Source: an uncultured Dehalococcoidia bacterium
Lineage (GTDB): Bacteria > Chloroflexota > Dehalococcoidia > Lucifugimonadales > UBA3495
Length of the DNA stretch: 64,000 nucleotides
Assembly: GCA_958296385.1 (NCBI GenBank)
Contig: OY282494.1
Coordinates: forward strand, 415,416 to 479,415
Direction: 5' to 3'
The first letter of the stretch is position 1. Every line of letters starts with the position of its first letter. Positions 55,183 to 64,000 of the stretch are shown piece by piece. The notes under the pieces are model-generated. The model was given only the letters and a program-made list of their open reading frames with translations, did not search any database and was not told the DNA's origin. The translations under genes were made by a program, and so were the position numbers.

Positions 55183-58100
55183 AGGATTTGACTGGTATCA
55201 ACGTCCAGGTCGGTCGGCGGTTCCGTGCCGATGTTGTCGTGCCACCACTGGCGAAACTCGTCGGCCCCCAGCTTTTCCTGCAACCGCCCCAGATGCGCCT
55301 TTACCTGCGTCATAATCGGCAGCTGATGGTCGGCGGCCAGCTGATACGTCCGTGCCACCCATTCCAGCGCGTCGGCCAGGTTGCCCCGTTCCTCTTCTAC
55401 CACCCCCAGCTGCCCGTAGGTGCGCGCCGACCGGATGACGTCCCGCGTGGCCTCAAAGGCTTGCCGGGCCTGGTCGTACCACTCTTGCGCCTTGTCCAGG
55501 TCGCCCTGCTCGTGATGCAAAACGCCCAGCTGACGGGCTTCGTCGCCCACCCCCCGCCGGTCGCCCAGCTGCTCCCGGTACTCCATCGCAATCGTCAGCC
55601 ATTCCTCCGCTTCCTCCGCTATCCCCCGCGCCTGCGCCAGCGTGCCCAGATGATGAAACTCCACCGCCATCTGCTCGGTCATTCCCATCCGGTCGCACAG
55701 CCCCAACGCCTGCTGATACCAGGATTGCGCCTCTTCAAACAGGTATTCCGAATGGTCAACCGTTCCCAGCGCGTGAAAGATATAAACCGCCGTTTCCTCA
55801 TCCCGGTTCTCCTCCACAATCTCCCGCGCCCGGTGATACCAGCTGCGCGCCTCGTCGTACTCAAACCGGAAATGACACGCCGAACCCAACGCCCGGAAAT
55901 CATTAACCATCTCTTCGTAATCCGGCAGCCGCTGGTGAATGTCCAGCGCCCGCGAGTACCATTCCTTTGCCGAACCGTACTGCCGCTGGTGATGCCGCAC
56001 TTGCCCGATTGCAAAGCAGGCGTCCGCAATAGATTCCTGGTCCTCCCCCCCATCGATGATTTCCAACCCTTTCTCCAGCCACTCCGAGGCCGTCTGATAC
56101 TGCCCCCGCCGGGTGGCAATCAATCCATTCTGATGATACACGGCGGCCGTGCGCGCGTCCGTCTCCCCGTCCGGCTGTTCCAGCAGGTAATCCAGCAGCT
56201 GCTGATTGAACCCGGCGGCCCGCTCCAGTTCCAGCAGTTCCACCGACTCCATAGCGTCGGTGCCCAGCAAATACTGCCAGAACTCGATGGCCCCGTTAGC
56301 CTCCGCCTCCGCCGCCGTATGCCCGATGACGTCCAGCAGTTGACCCCGCAGGCGGCGCAGTTCGGGAAAGCGCTTTTGCATCCGGTACACCTGCGCCAGC
56401 GGCTGAATCAGCAGTTGGGCGTTGTCCCACTGCCGGTTCTCCAGCGCCAGCCCCAGCGCCTGCGTCAGGTTGCCCTCCTCCGCCAGCACCGCCGTAACGC
56501 CCGTGTCCTGATTCTCGTACAGGCTTTCCATAAAGTAGTCGGCGGTATCCGCATAGACCCGCACGAACTCCAGCTCCAGCCGCCCGATGGCCTCCCGCGA
56601 CAGCTGCCGCCCCAGCTTGCGCCCCAGGAACCAGGGCACCGCCGGGTTAATCTGATACACGCTTGGCGAGATTGGCTCCACGAACCCGTCGGCCATCGCG
56701 TTGCGCAGCAGCGTGCGGCAGGCGCCCCAGCCCAAGTCCTCCCCGGTTGCCACGCTGTACACCCGTTCCTGCGTGATGTGGTTCAGCACGTCCAGCATAA
56801 CCCGCCGCTGGAACATTGACAGGAACGGCAGATGCGTGCGGCTGCGGTGCGACATCCGCGTGAAAGCGTACTCCATCGCCGCCGTCAATACCGGACTGCG
56901 CCCCGGTTCCGAGTCGGCGGTATCGTCGTTCAGCAGCCGCGTTATCTCGCTGACCGCCGCCGCCGCCGGCACGTCTTTCACCGGCGGAATCGCAACCTGC
57001 ATCGCCAGCGGGTGGCCGTCCAGCAGGTCAAGCAGGCCGGCAAAGTCGCCGTCGGCCCGCGACGCCGGCACCGCCCCTTTGTCCATCACCCGGCCCGCCA
57101 GCGCCGCGCGGTCGGCGGTAGCCAGCGGGTTCAGCGTCAGGGCCGCATGGGGCATGGTCAGCCAGCTTTCGTCGGCCCGGCGGCTCAGCAGCAGCGCCGC
57201 GCTGCCCGCTGGCCCAACGGTAACCTCATCCAGAAACGTCGCCAAGTCCGACAGTTCCCCATCGGCCAGCAGCCCCGGCGCGCCGTCCGGAAACCCGGCC
57301 ACGTTCTCGGCGTTGTCCCACACCAGCAGCGCGGCGTTCTCTTGCAGATATTGCGTCACCCACTGCCGCTGCTGCCCCGCCGGCAAGTCAGCAAAATCCA
57401 GCCCTGCCACCGCCGTGCCAATCTCGTGCACCACCCGCTCGATTCCCGCCGGATGCGACGCCTCAAACGCCGTGTAAAAAACGCCGCCCGGATAAGCGAT
57501 GCGCGCCGGCTTGAGAAACCAGCGGCACACCCCCAGCGCCAGCTCCGTCTTGCCGATTCCGGCATCCCCGGACAGCAGCGCAACGTTGTTCGCCGCCAGC
57601 GCTTTTTCCAGCTGGCGCAGTTCACCCTCCCGGCCCACCAGACCGAACTGGCCGGCCGCCGGTATCTGCAAGTCGTCGGTTGGCGCCTCCTCCGGATGTA
57701 TGACCGGCGGCGCCAGCGGGTCCGGTTCGTGTTCGGCGATGACAGCCGGCATAAACCCCCGCGATTGATACACCGCCGGCCCGTGCCAGTCCCAGCCTAC
57801 CCGCTTGCCGTTGACCGTCACCCGTTCCGGCGATTCCATCAGCGACCGCCGCAGCGCCGCCACCGCCGCCGCCACGGTATTGCCCCTGGCCAGGCCGGTG
57901 TAAAACGCGCGCACCGCCCCGCTCGCCGCATCCGGATGCAGCGGATACGGTATCAAAGCCACCTGCGCCACGCCGGCATCGCACAGACTTTGCGCCGCCG
58001 CCGCCCAGCTCCGCGAGTCGTTGCCCGCTGCGGCCCCCGCCGACAGCAGCGCAACGCTGACCCCGGCCCCGGCCAAGCTTTTGCCCACCTGCTCCGGCGC

Positions 58101-58952
58101 AACCGGCTCCACGCCGCCCCCGGCCGACTCCGCAAGAATGTCCCCGCTGGCGTCCAGCGTCACGCCGTCCAGGTGTGCGATGTGGTAGTGATTAGGCTTT
58201 CGCCGCAGCAGTTCGTCAAAGGCCGCCCAGGTAGCCGGCCGGGGATTGTCCAGCGACGCCTCGGAGTTCAGCCCCTCCAGCGCGGCAACCACGGCGTCCG
58301 CCAAACTGCCCCCGGCCACAACCCCGGCATCCAGCAGCGCCCCCGCTGACGGCGCCTCCCCGTCCAGAGGAGCCGGCGACAGCATCAGCACGTTCAGCGC
58401 GCTATCGGTGCGCTGCTCGCCGGCCGCATCCGCAACATCCTCGGATGACTGCCGTACCACGCCGCCAAAGGCCGCCGCGATATAGCCCAGGTTCGGCTCG
58501 TTCAGCAGTTCCCACGGCAGGGACAGAAACCCGGCATCCCCGCTGGCGATTGCCAGATTCCTTGGCCCGTCCTGCGCCAGCACCGCGTCCAGCTGTCCCC
58601 GTCCCTCCGAACCCGCCGCAAACACCGACTCAAAAAGCAGCCGCCCCAAATTGCGCAGCGCCGATTCAATCCCCTCCGCCCGCTCCAACTGTCCCAGCGG
58701 CGCCCGCGCGTATCCGTTGTGATACCAGTCCAGCGCCGCCCGTTCCTCCGGCCCCAAATTGACCCGGAACGCCGTCGGCGCCGCCAGCGTGCTGCCACCC
58801 ACTGCATCCGTAACCCGTAGTTGGACTTGACCCGAACCGGCCTTATCGAGAATAGTTAGCGTAGGAACGATGGACACTGTTGCACCTGCCGGCGTTGGGG
58901 TTGGGTTGGCGAATCCGGAAAGCCGTAAGCCCGCTACTGCGGCGATTGCCAA
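55179..58952 (-). CDS. CHAT domain / P-loop (STAND-like) NTPase / TPR-repeat protein
   Basis: CHAT landmarks are present (LSLPWELL, HYHIAHLDG, VALLSAG, SLCDAGVAQVALIPYPL, AFYTGLARG). The Walker A motif GDAGIGKT maps to nt 57546-57569, and LLVWDNAENV is Walker-B-like. The C-terminus carries degenerate TPRs. There is no ATG start; the candidates are TTG 58952 or GTG 58877. Confidence 0.75.
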   Translation of the reverse strand: MAIAAVAGLRLSGFANPTPTPAGATVSIVPTLTILDKAGSGQVQLRVTDAVGGSTLAAPTAFRVNLGPEERAALDWYHNGYARAPLGQLERAEGIESALRNLGRLLFESVFAAGSEGRGQLDAVLAQDGPRNLAIASGDAGFLSLPWELLNEPNLGYIAAAFGGVVRQSSEDVADAAGEQRTDSALNVLMLSPAPLDGEAPSAGALLDAGVVAGGSLADAVVAALEGLNSEASLDNPRPATWAAFDELLRRKPNHYHIAHLDGVTLDASGDILAESAGGGVEPVAPEQVGKSLAGAGVSVALLSAGAAAGNDSRSWAAAAQSLCDAGVAQVALIPYPLHPDAASGAVRAFYTGLARGNTVAAAVAALRRSLMESPERVTVNGKRVGWDWHGPAVYQSRGFMPAVIAEHEPDPLAPPVIHPEEAPTDDLQIPAAGQFGLVGREGELRQLEKALAANNVALLSGDAGIGKTELALGVCRWFLKPARIAYPGGVFYTAFEASHPAGIERVVHEIGTAVAGLDFADLPAGQQRQWVTQYLQENAALLVWDNAENVAGFPDGAPGLLADGELSDLATFLDEVTVGPAGSAALLLSRRADESWLTMPHAALTLNPLATADRAALAGRVMDKGAVPASRADGDFAGLLDLLDGHPLAMQVAIPPVKDVPAAAAVSEITRLLNDDTADSEPGRSPVLTAAMEYAFTRMSHRSRTHLPFLSMFQRRVMLDVLNHITQERVYSVATGEDLGWGACRTLLRNAMADGFVEPISPSVYQINPAVPWFLGRKLGRQLSREAIGRLELEFVRVYADTADYFMESLYENQDTGVTAVLAEEGNLTQALGLALENRQWDNAQLLIQPLAQVYRMQKRFPELRRLRGQLLDVIGHTAAEAEANGAIEFWQYLLGTDAMESVELLELERAAGFNQQLLDYLLEQPDGETDARTAAVYHQNGLIATRRGQYQTASEWLEKGLEIIDGGEDQESIADACFAIGQVRHHQRQYGSAKEWYSRALDIHQRLPDYEEMVNDFRALGSACHFRFEYDEARSWYHRAREIVEENRDEETAVYIFHALGTVDHSEYLFEEAQSWYQQALGLCDRMGMTEQMAVEFHHLGTLAQARGIAEEAEEWLTIAMEYREQLGDRRGVGDEARQLGVLHHEQGDLDKAQEWYDQARQAFEATRDVIRSARTYGQLGVVEEERGNLADALEWVARTYQLAADHQLPIMTQVKAHLGRLQEKLGADEFRQWWHDNIGTEPPTDLDVDTSQIL

Positions 58953-59095
58953 CGGGGTCGTCTTGCTACATTAATCAGCGTGCTTTACAATCACGGAGGT
59001 TCAATACGAACCGCCCAAATCCCGGTTATCAATCTGCGCCGCATTATACATCAATGCGCCGCCGGTGGCGTAACCCCGCTGTGATTCACCTAACT

Positions 59096-60037
59096 ATGCC
59101 TGCTGCCAACCAAATCCGCCGCTCCTGGCTCCTCGTACCCGCCTCCGCTGCCCCGCGCATCGCCAGCGCCCCAGCCTCCGGCGCCGACGTCATCATCCTT
59201 GACCTCGCCGAATTCGTCGCCGAGCCCAACAAGCCGGACGCCCGGGACGCCGTCCCCGCCGCTTTGGATTCCGTCAAAGCCGGCGGCGCCGAAGTGTTCG
59301 TCCGGATTGACCCCCAGCTGATGCTCGCCGACTTAAACGCCGCCATCCGGCCCGGCGTTGCCGGCGTAGTAGTCAGCCGGCTGGAAAGCGCCGCGCAGAT
59401 TGCCGAAGCCGCCGCCCTCATCGACCGGCTGGAAAGCCAGCGGGGGTTGCTGCCCAATTCCGTAGAAGTCGTCGCCTCATTGGAAACCGCCGCCGGCAAC
59501 CACAACGGCTTTGAGATTGCCACCGCCAGCCCCCGCGTAACCGCCCTGACCCTCGGCCGCGCCGACTTGGCAATGGACTTGCGCCCCGAACCCTCCGGCG
59601 AAATCCACCTGATGCAGTACCTGATGCAGCGGCTGATTACGCTGGCCGCCGCCACCGGCAAGCTCCCGCTCGGCGCCTGGTGGCGCGCCCCCGACCGGGG
59701 CTTGCTGGCCACCCCGGAGAACACCCTGGCCGCCGCCCAACGGGGCCGCGCCATCGGTTTCCGCGGCTCAATGTGCGTGCTGGACAATCAGGTTGCCCCC
59801 CTCAACGACGGCTTTACGCCCACCGCAGCCGAAGTAGCCGAGGCCGACGCCATCCAAAGCGCCTACGCCGCCGCCGTCCAATCCGGCGCCGCATCCGTAG
59901 TCCACGCCGGCGGCCGCGCGCTAACGCCCAACCTGGTCCGGCAGTACGCGCAGGTCTCGGCCCTGGCCGCCGCCTGCGCCATCCGCGAGGAGTTCAAGTC
60001 CGCCGCCTTGTCCGGCCGGCCCATTCCTCTGCCCTAG
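59096..60037 (+). CDS. CitE-like (HpcH/HpaI aldolase/citrate lyase beta family) protein, paralog 1
   Basis: It has IRRSWLLVPAS, DVIILDLAEFV, VVSRLESAAQI and VASLETAAG. The start was trimmed to ATG 59096. Confidence 0.7.
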   Translation: MPAANQIRRSWLLVPASAAPRIASAPASGADVIILDLAEFVAEPNKPDARDAVPAALDSVKAGGAEVFVRIDPQLMLADLNAAIRPGVAGVVVSRLESAAQIAEAAALIDRLESQRGLLPNSVEVVASLETAAGNHNGFEIATASPRVTALTLGRADLAMDLRPEPSGEIHLMQYLMQRLITLAAATGKLPLGAWWRAPDRGLLATPENTLAAAQRGRAIGFRGSMCVLDNQVAPLNDGFTPTAAEVAEADAIQSAYAAAVQSGAASVVHAGGRALTPNLVRQYAQVSALAAACAIREEFKSAALSGRPIPLP

Positions 60038-60103
60038 CCCGCTGGCCGGCCGTCCCATCCCCGCCCGCGTTTCCGTACCATCGTTTTTCAGGAGCTTTGC
60101 CCG

Positions 60104-61126
60104 ATGCCGCACCCGCACCGCCGCCTCAAGCGTTCCGGCCTCACCATGCCCATCGTCACTGACCGTTTCATCAGCAACGCGTGGCATCGCGGCTGCGACT
60201 TTATCAATATGGACTTGGAGGATTCGGTGCCGCCGGCACTCAAAGGCTACGCCCGCAGCCTGGTGCGCCGCAGCATCCCGGTGGTCAACAAAGGCGGCGC
60301 CGACGCCGTTTGCCGCATCAACCACGACTTGATGGAGGCCGACCTGGACGCCGTCATCTGGCCGGGAATGGTTCACGTCAACTACCCCAAAGCGGAGTAC
60401 GGCCACGAAATCCGGCGCATGGATGAAATCATCACCCGTCTGGAGCGTGAGCGGGGCATCCGTCCGGGCACCATCGCCATCGGCGCCAACATTGAAACCG
60501 CAGTAGGCGTTGCCAACGCTTACGAGATTGCCTCCGCCAGCCCCCGCGTCCGCGATTTCGGCGGCGCCTCCGGCTACGATATGTCCCGCGATTTGGGCGT
60601 TGAGATGTTCGTCGGCTTTGACCAGTTCGTCTATGGCAAGGGCGAAGTGGAACTCGCCGCCCGCGCCCTCAACCTGGAACCCCGCGCCGCCCCGTTCACC
60701 CCCAACATCACCGGCAGCGTCAGCGACCCCGACCGCGCCTTTGCCGAGGCCGACGCCGCCCGCCAGTGCGGTTTCCGCATCGGCGGCGGCCTCCATCCTT
60801 TCGTAGTAGAACCCCAAAATCGCGGCTTTACCCCCAACGACGCTGAGATTTCCGACGCCCATTGGGTGCTGGACGAATACCGCAAGCTGGCCGTATCCAA
60901 CGAAACCTGGGTGCAAATTGACACGCAAAGCCTGACGCCCGGCGACGGCCCCGGCCCGCTTGATTCCTCCGACAACCCCAACTTGCGCCACCGCGTCATT
61001 GACCGCTATGAAGCCGCCCGCGCCGCCGAACTGCTGGAGTGGGCCCGCCTGTGCGCCGACCGCGACCGCGAGAAAGACGAAGCCATCGCCCGCGTGCGCG
61101 CCGCCGCCGACGCCGACGCAACATAA
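60104..61126 (+). CDS. CitE-like (acyl-CoA lyase family) protein, paralog 2, with canonical DLED motif
   Basis: It has DFINMDLEDSVP, HVNYPKAEYGHEI and GANIETAVG. GGAG lies 9 nt upstream of the ATG. Confidence 0.7.
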   Translation: MPHPHRRLKRSGLTMPIVTDRFISNAWHRGCDFINMDLEDSVPPALKGYARSLVRRSIPVVNKGGADAVCRINHDLMEADLDAVIWPGMVHVNYPKAEYGHEIRRMDEIITRLERERGIRPGTIAIGANIETAVGVANAYEIASASPRVRDFGGASGYDMSRDLGVEMFVGFDQFVYGKGEVELAARALNLEPRAAPFTPNITGSVSDPDRAFAEADAARQCGFRIGGGLHPFVVEPQNRGFTPNDAEISDAHWVLDEYRKLAVSNETWVQIDTQSLTPGDGPGPLDSSDNPNLRHRVIDRYEAARAAELLEWARLCADRDREKDEAIARVRAAADADAT

Positions 61127-61156
61127 CGCTAACCTACCCCCTTGCGGTGCAATCCT

Positions 61157-62086
61157 ATGCTGATACGACGTTCCTTACTGATTATCCCCGCTAGCAACGC
61201 CGACGCTTTGGCAACGGCTTGGTCTCACGACGCCGACGCCGTTATCCTGGACATCCAGGCCGGCGTTCCGCCCTCCCAACTCGCCGCCGCCCGCGCGTCA
61301 CTCCCGGATTCCATCGCTGCCGCCGGCCAAGGCGGCGCCGACGTCCTGGTACGGGTCAACGCCCCCTACTGGCACGCCGACAGCAACGCGGCGGTTTGCC
61401 CCGCACTAACCGGCATCGTCCTCCCCGGCGCCGAATCCCCCCAGCAGGTAGCCGATGCGGATGCTCACCTCGGCAATCTGGAGCTGCAACGTGGCATCCC
61501 GGCCGGCCGTCTGGAGCTGGCCTTGTCCCTGGAAACGGCCGCCGGCGTCTGGCACATCCGCGAGCTAATGGCCGCCAGCTCCCGCATCAAGCAAGTCGCC
61601 ATTGACGAGGCCGCCCTCGCCGCCGCGCTTGGCATCGTCCAGAACCCCTCCCTTGACCCCTTCGTCTATGCCCGTGGCCGCTTGTGCATTGAAGCCACCG
61701 CTATCGGAGTACAGCCCGTCGCCGTTCTCGACCCGACGCGCCTGGGCGGGGACGAACTGTCCTACGACGATAAACTCCGGCTGGCCACCGACGCCCGCAA
61801 TCTCGGTTTCAAGGGCCTGGTCTGCGTTCACCCCCATTGGATTAGCGCGGTCAACGCCGCCTTCACGCCCACCGAGTCGCTGGTAGATTACTACGTGCAG
61901 GTTCGGGAAGTTTTCGCCCAGGCCCTGGCCGCCGGCACCGCCGCCGCCCCCTTCGCCGGCCGCATGATTGACGTCCCCGTTGACGAACGCGCCAAAGACG
62001 TACTGGCCCTGAGCGCCGCCTGCGCCGCCCGCGACGCCGCCAAGCAGGCCGCCCTGGCCAGCGCCGGCCGGCAAACCGGCCCGTAA
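61157..62086 (+). CDS. CitE-like protein, paralog 3
   Basis: It has IRRSLLIIPAS, DAVILDIQAGVP, VLPGAESPQQV and LSLETAAG. ATG 61157 was preferred over the track's TTG 61142. Confidence 0.7.
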   Translation: MLIRRSLLIIPASNADALATAWSHDADAVILDIQAGVPPSQLAAARASLPDSIAAAGQGGADVLVRVNAPYWHADSNAAVCPALTGIVLPGAESPQQVADADAHLGNLELQRGIPAGRLELALSLETAAGVWHIRELMAASSRIKQVAIDEAALAAALGIVQNPSLDPFVYARGRLCIEATAIGVQPVAVLDPTRLGGDELSYDDKLRLATDARNLGFKGLVCVHPHWISAVNAAFTPTESLVDYYVQVREVFAQALAAGTAAAPFAGRMIDVPVDERAKDVLALSAACAARDAAKQAALASAGRQTGP

Positions 62087-62150
62087 TCCTGCGCCATTGC
62101 CTCTAAGTACCGCATTTACCGGGAGACTGCCGTGATTTACGGAGAGTGCC

Positions 62151-62567
62151 ATGATTTACATCAATGACGAACTGCGGCGGCGCATTGACAACGCCCTTGA
62201 CGACCGCTGCCCCATGTTCATCGCAACCGTATCCCCGGATGGCGAGCCGCAAATCAGCATGAGGGGCAGCGTCCTCGTTTTCGACCGGGAAACGCTGGCC
62301 TACTGGGAACGCGGCTGGCGCGCCTCCGCCGCCAACGTGCAGGCCGATTCCAAAGTAGTGCTGTTCTACCGGCACCCGACGGAACGAGTCAACCTGCGTT
62401 TCTACGGCACTGCCACCATGTACCGGCAAGGCGCCATCCGCGACAACGTAATGTCCCGCACCGTACCAGGCGAACTTGACCGCGACCCGGAACGCACCGG
62501 CGCCGCCGTCCTGGTACGCCTCTACCGCATCAACCAGCTATCCGGCGAGATACTGCAAGAGCGCTAA
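62151..62567 (+). CDS. pyridoxamine 5'-phosphate oxidase-family (FMN-binding split-barrel) protein
   Basis: The sequence MFIATVSPDGEPQISMRGSVLVFD...VVLFYRHP...LRFYGTA is typical of the small PNPOx-like fold. Confidence 0.65.
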   Translation: MIYINDELRRRIDNALDDRCPMFIATVSPDGEPQISMRGSVLVFDRETLAYWERGWRASAANVQADSKVVLFYRHPTERVNLRFYGTATMYRQGAIRDNVMSRTVPGELDRDPERTGAAVLVRLYRINQLSGEILQER

Positions 62568-62597
62568 CCCCTTTCCCAAAAAGAACGCCATCCAACG

Positions 62598-62625
62598 GGG
62601 GGATACCTTTGTAAGAGTATCCCCC
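62598..62625. terminator. 9-bp hairpin between convergent genes (possible terminator)
   Basis: GGGGGATAC (62598-62606) pairs with GTATCCCCC (62617-62625) around a 10-nt loop. There is no strong U-tract. Confidence 0.4.
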
Positions 62626-62630
62626 GCAGT

Positions 62631-64000
62631 TTAACCCCCAGCCACCGCCAGCGCGTCCACCGCTATCACCCCTTGTCCGGCCGGCCGCGCGATTAGCGGG
62701 TTGATGTCCAGCTCGGCCAGCCGGCCCTCCAGGTTCACCGCCATTTGGGACACGGCAACCAGCACGTCGGCCAGCGCGTCCCCGTCGGCTTTTGGCGCCC
62801 CCCGGAACCCGCTCAGCAGCTGCGCCGCCCGCACTTCGCCAATCATATCCAGCGTATCCTCCCGCGTCACCGGGCACAGCCGCAGCGCAACGTCGTTGTA
62901 CACCTCCACCATCACCCCCCCGATACCAAACAGCAGTATTGGCCCCAACTGGCTGTCATACGACACGCCAACGATGGTTTCCACCCCGCCCGATACCATT
63001 TCCTGCACCACTGCGCCGCCGATGCCGGCGTTGGCGTCATACGCCCGCGCGTTGGCCGTAACTTCGGCAAAGGCCCGCCGCACGTCATCGGGCGTCTGCA
63101 AACCCAGCCGGATCGCCCCGGCCTCCGTTTTGTGCAGTATATCCGCAGAATCCACTTTTACTACCACCGGGTAGCCAATCCTCTCGGCGGCAGCGACGGC
63201 GGCATCGGCATCCGACGCCAGTTCCTCCCGTGTCGTCGGCACGCCAAACGCCCCAATCAGCCGCTTGCTGTCGTACTCCGATAACGCCTTGCCCCCGCCC
63301 AATCCGGCGGCGGCGGCCTGCTGCTGTGCCGTCAAATCCGGCGCCGTGCCAAACCCCCGGCCCAGCCGGCGTTCCCGCCATTCGTGATAGTCGTTCAGAT
63401 AGCGGACGCCCGCCGCCAGCTTGTCCGGCACGTAGAACACCGGAATCCCCGCCCGTCGCAGCATCGGCAGGCCCGACTCCGCCGCCCTCGTCCCCGTCCA
63501 CAGAAACGCCACCGGCTTGTCTCTGCTGTCCCGCTGCTGGATAACCTGCTCGGCCTGAGCGTCCGCGCCCGCCGATGCCACCACCAGCGCGCCCACGTTC
63601 TCGTCGTCGGCCATGTACGACATTATGGCCGGAAAGTCGGCGCTGTTGGCGAACCCGGTAACGTCCGACGGGTTGGCCGCCCACCCAAAGCCTTTCAGAA
63701 TCCCGTTGATGCCGTCCCGGGCCCGTTCCGACAGCGGCGGCAGGTCCAGCCCGGCCTGCCCGAACATATCGGCGGTCAGGCTGCTGATGCCGCCGGAGTG
63801 CGACACTACGGCCACCCCACGCTGCGGCGGGCGCGGGCTGCGCGCCAGCAGGTTGGACACTTGCAGCAGGTCGTCGTAATCCTGCACCCGTATCACCCCG
63901 TACTGCGCAAACGCCGCCTCGTAGCACACGTCAACGCCCGTCAAAGCGGCCGTGTGCGAACCGGCCGCCTGCGCCCCCAGCTCCGAGCGCCCAATCTTGA
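62631..64000 (-). CDS. ADP-forming acyl-CoA synthetase (acetate--CoA ligase family: CoA-binding plus ATP-grasp domains), N-terminus outside window
   Basis: The frame stays open to nt 63998 (KIGRSELGAQAAGSHTAALTG...). It has an ATP-grasp part (YPVVVKVDSADILHKTEAGAIRLGL). Confidence 0.8.
   Translation of the reverse strand, partial: KIGRSELGAQAAGSHTAALTGVDVCYEAAFAQYGVIRVQDYDDLLQVSNLLARSPRPPQRGVAVVSHSGGISSLTADMFGQAGLDLPPLSERARDGINGILKGFGWAANPSDVTGFANSADFPAIMSYMADDENVGALVVASAGADAQAEQVIQQRDSRDKPVAFLWTGTRAAESGLPMLRRAGIPVFYVPDKLAAGVRYLNDYHEWRERRLGRGFGTAPDLTAQQQAAAAGLGGGKALSEYDSKRLIGAFGVPTTREELASDADAAVAAAERIGYPVVVKVDSADILHKTEAGAIRLGLQTPDDVRRAFAEVTANARAYDANAGIGGAVVQEMVSGGVETIVGVSYDSQLGPILLFGIGGVMVEVYNDVALRLCPVTREDTLDMIGEVRAAQLLSGFRGAPKADGDALADVLVAVSQMAVNLEGRLAELDINPLIARPAGQGVIAVDALAVAGG

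Noticed and set aside
55167-58349. Long antisense ORFs opposite real genes. Examples are 55167-56819 and 56832-58349 (+), 6997-8121 (+), 42138-43337 (-), 40079-41113 (-), 38593-39657 (-), 59921-60991 (-), 20842-21693 (-), 11474-12289 (-) and 783-1676 (-).
   Set aside because: Their translations are R/P/G/A/H-rich low-complexity sequences typical of shadow frames in high-GC DNA. Each lies opposite an ORF with clear family motifs.

Overview
This is a 64-kb, high-GC, gene-dense bacterial chromosomal segment. All calls come from reading the sequence and the ORF track by eye; no searches or folding programs were run, and coordinates of non-ORF features were hand-counted. The lineage is uncertain. 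The repeat type and gene content weakly suggest a Chloroflexota-like organism, but this is only a guess. Most genes are ordinary core metabolism or housekeeping: 2-oxoacid:ferredoxin oxidoreductase, an FMN hydroxyacid dehydrogenase, TenA, RNase D, a thiolase/DUF35/acyl-CoA synthetase set, cysteine desulfurase, glycerate kinase, lutABC, thioredoxin, Tat components, an lpdA-pdhABC 2-oxoacid dehydrogenase operon, two TPP enzymes, an ECF sigma/anti-sigma pair, and PrpD-like and LLM oxidoreductase genes. Several items deserve a second look. (1) A 1257-aa CHAT/P-loop NTPase/TPR protein has an NLR/STAND-like layout, and its caspase-like Cys position reads Gly. (2) A modular about 105-nt palindromic repeat family occurs in 5 intergenic copies, 4 of them in divergent promoter regions. 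(3) A 217-nt multi-hairpin element closed by a 16-bp helix sits in an 850-nt C-rich intergenic region; it is a candidate structured RNA or MITE. (4) There are two unusual gene fusions: PII-EVE and RlmD-like m5U methyltransferase-Maf. (5) A tRNA-Sec (selC) lies directly behind trxA, with no sel genes in the window. (6) A compact, visibly lower-GC type II R-M pair (beta-class MTase plus HNH nuclease) is wedged behind the PDH operon. (7) A HEPN/MNT pair is appended to lutABC. (8) Three tandem CitE-like paralogs are present, and only one keeps the DLED motif. (9) A tandem-duplicated ThyX-like protein carries complementary degenerate motifs. No rRNA, CRISPR array, transposase or integrase was recognised. 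Many long antisense ORFs in the track are high-GC shadow ORFs.
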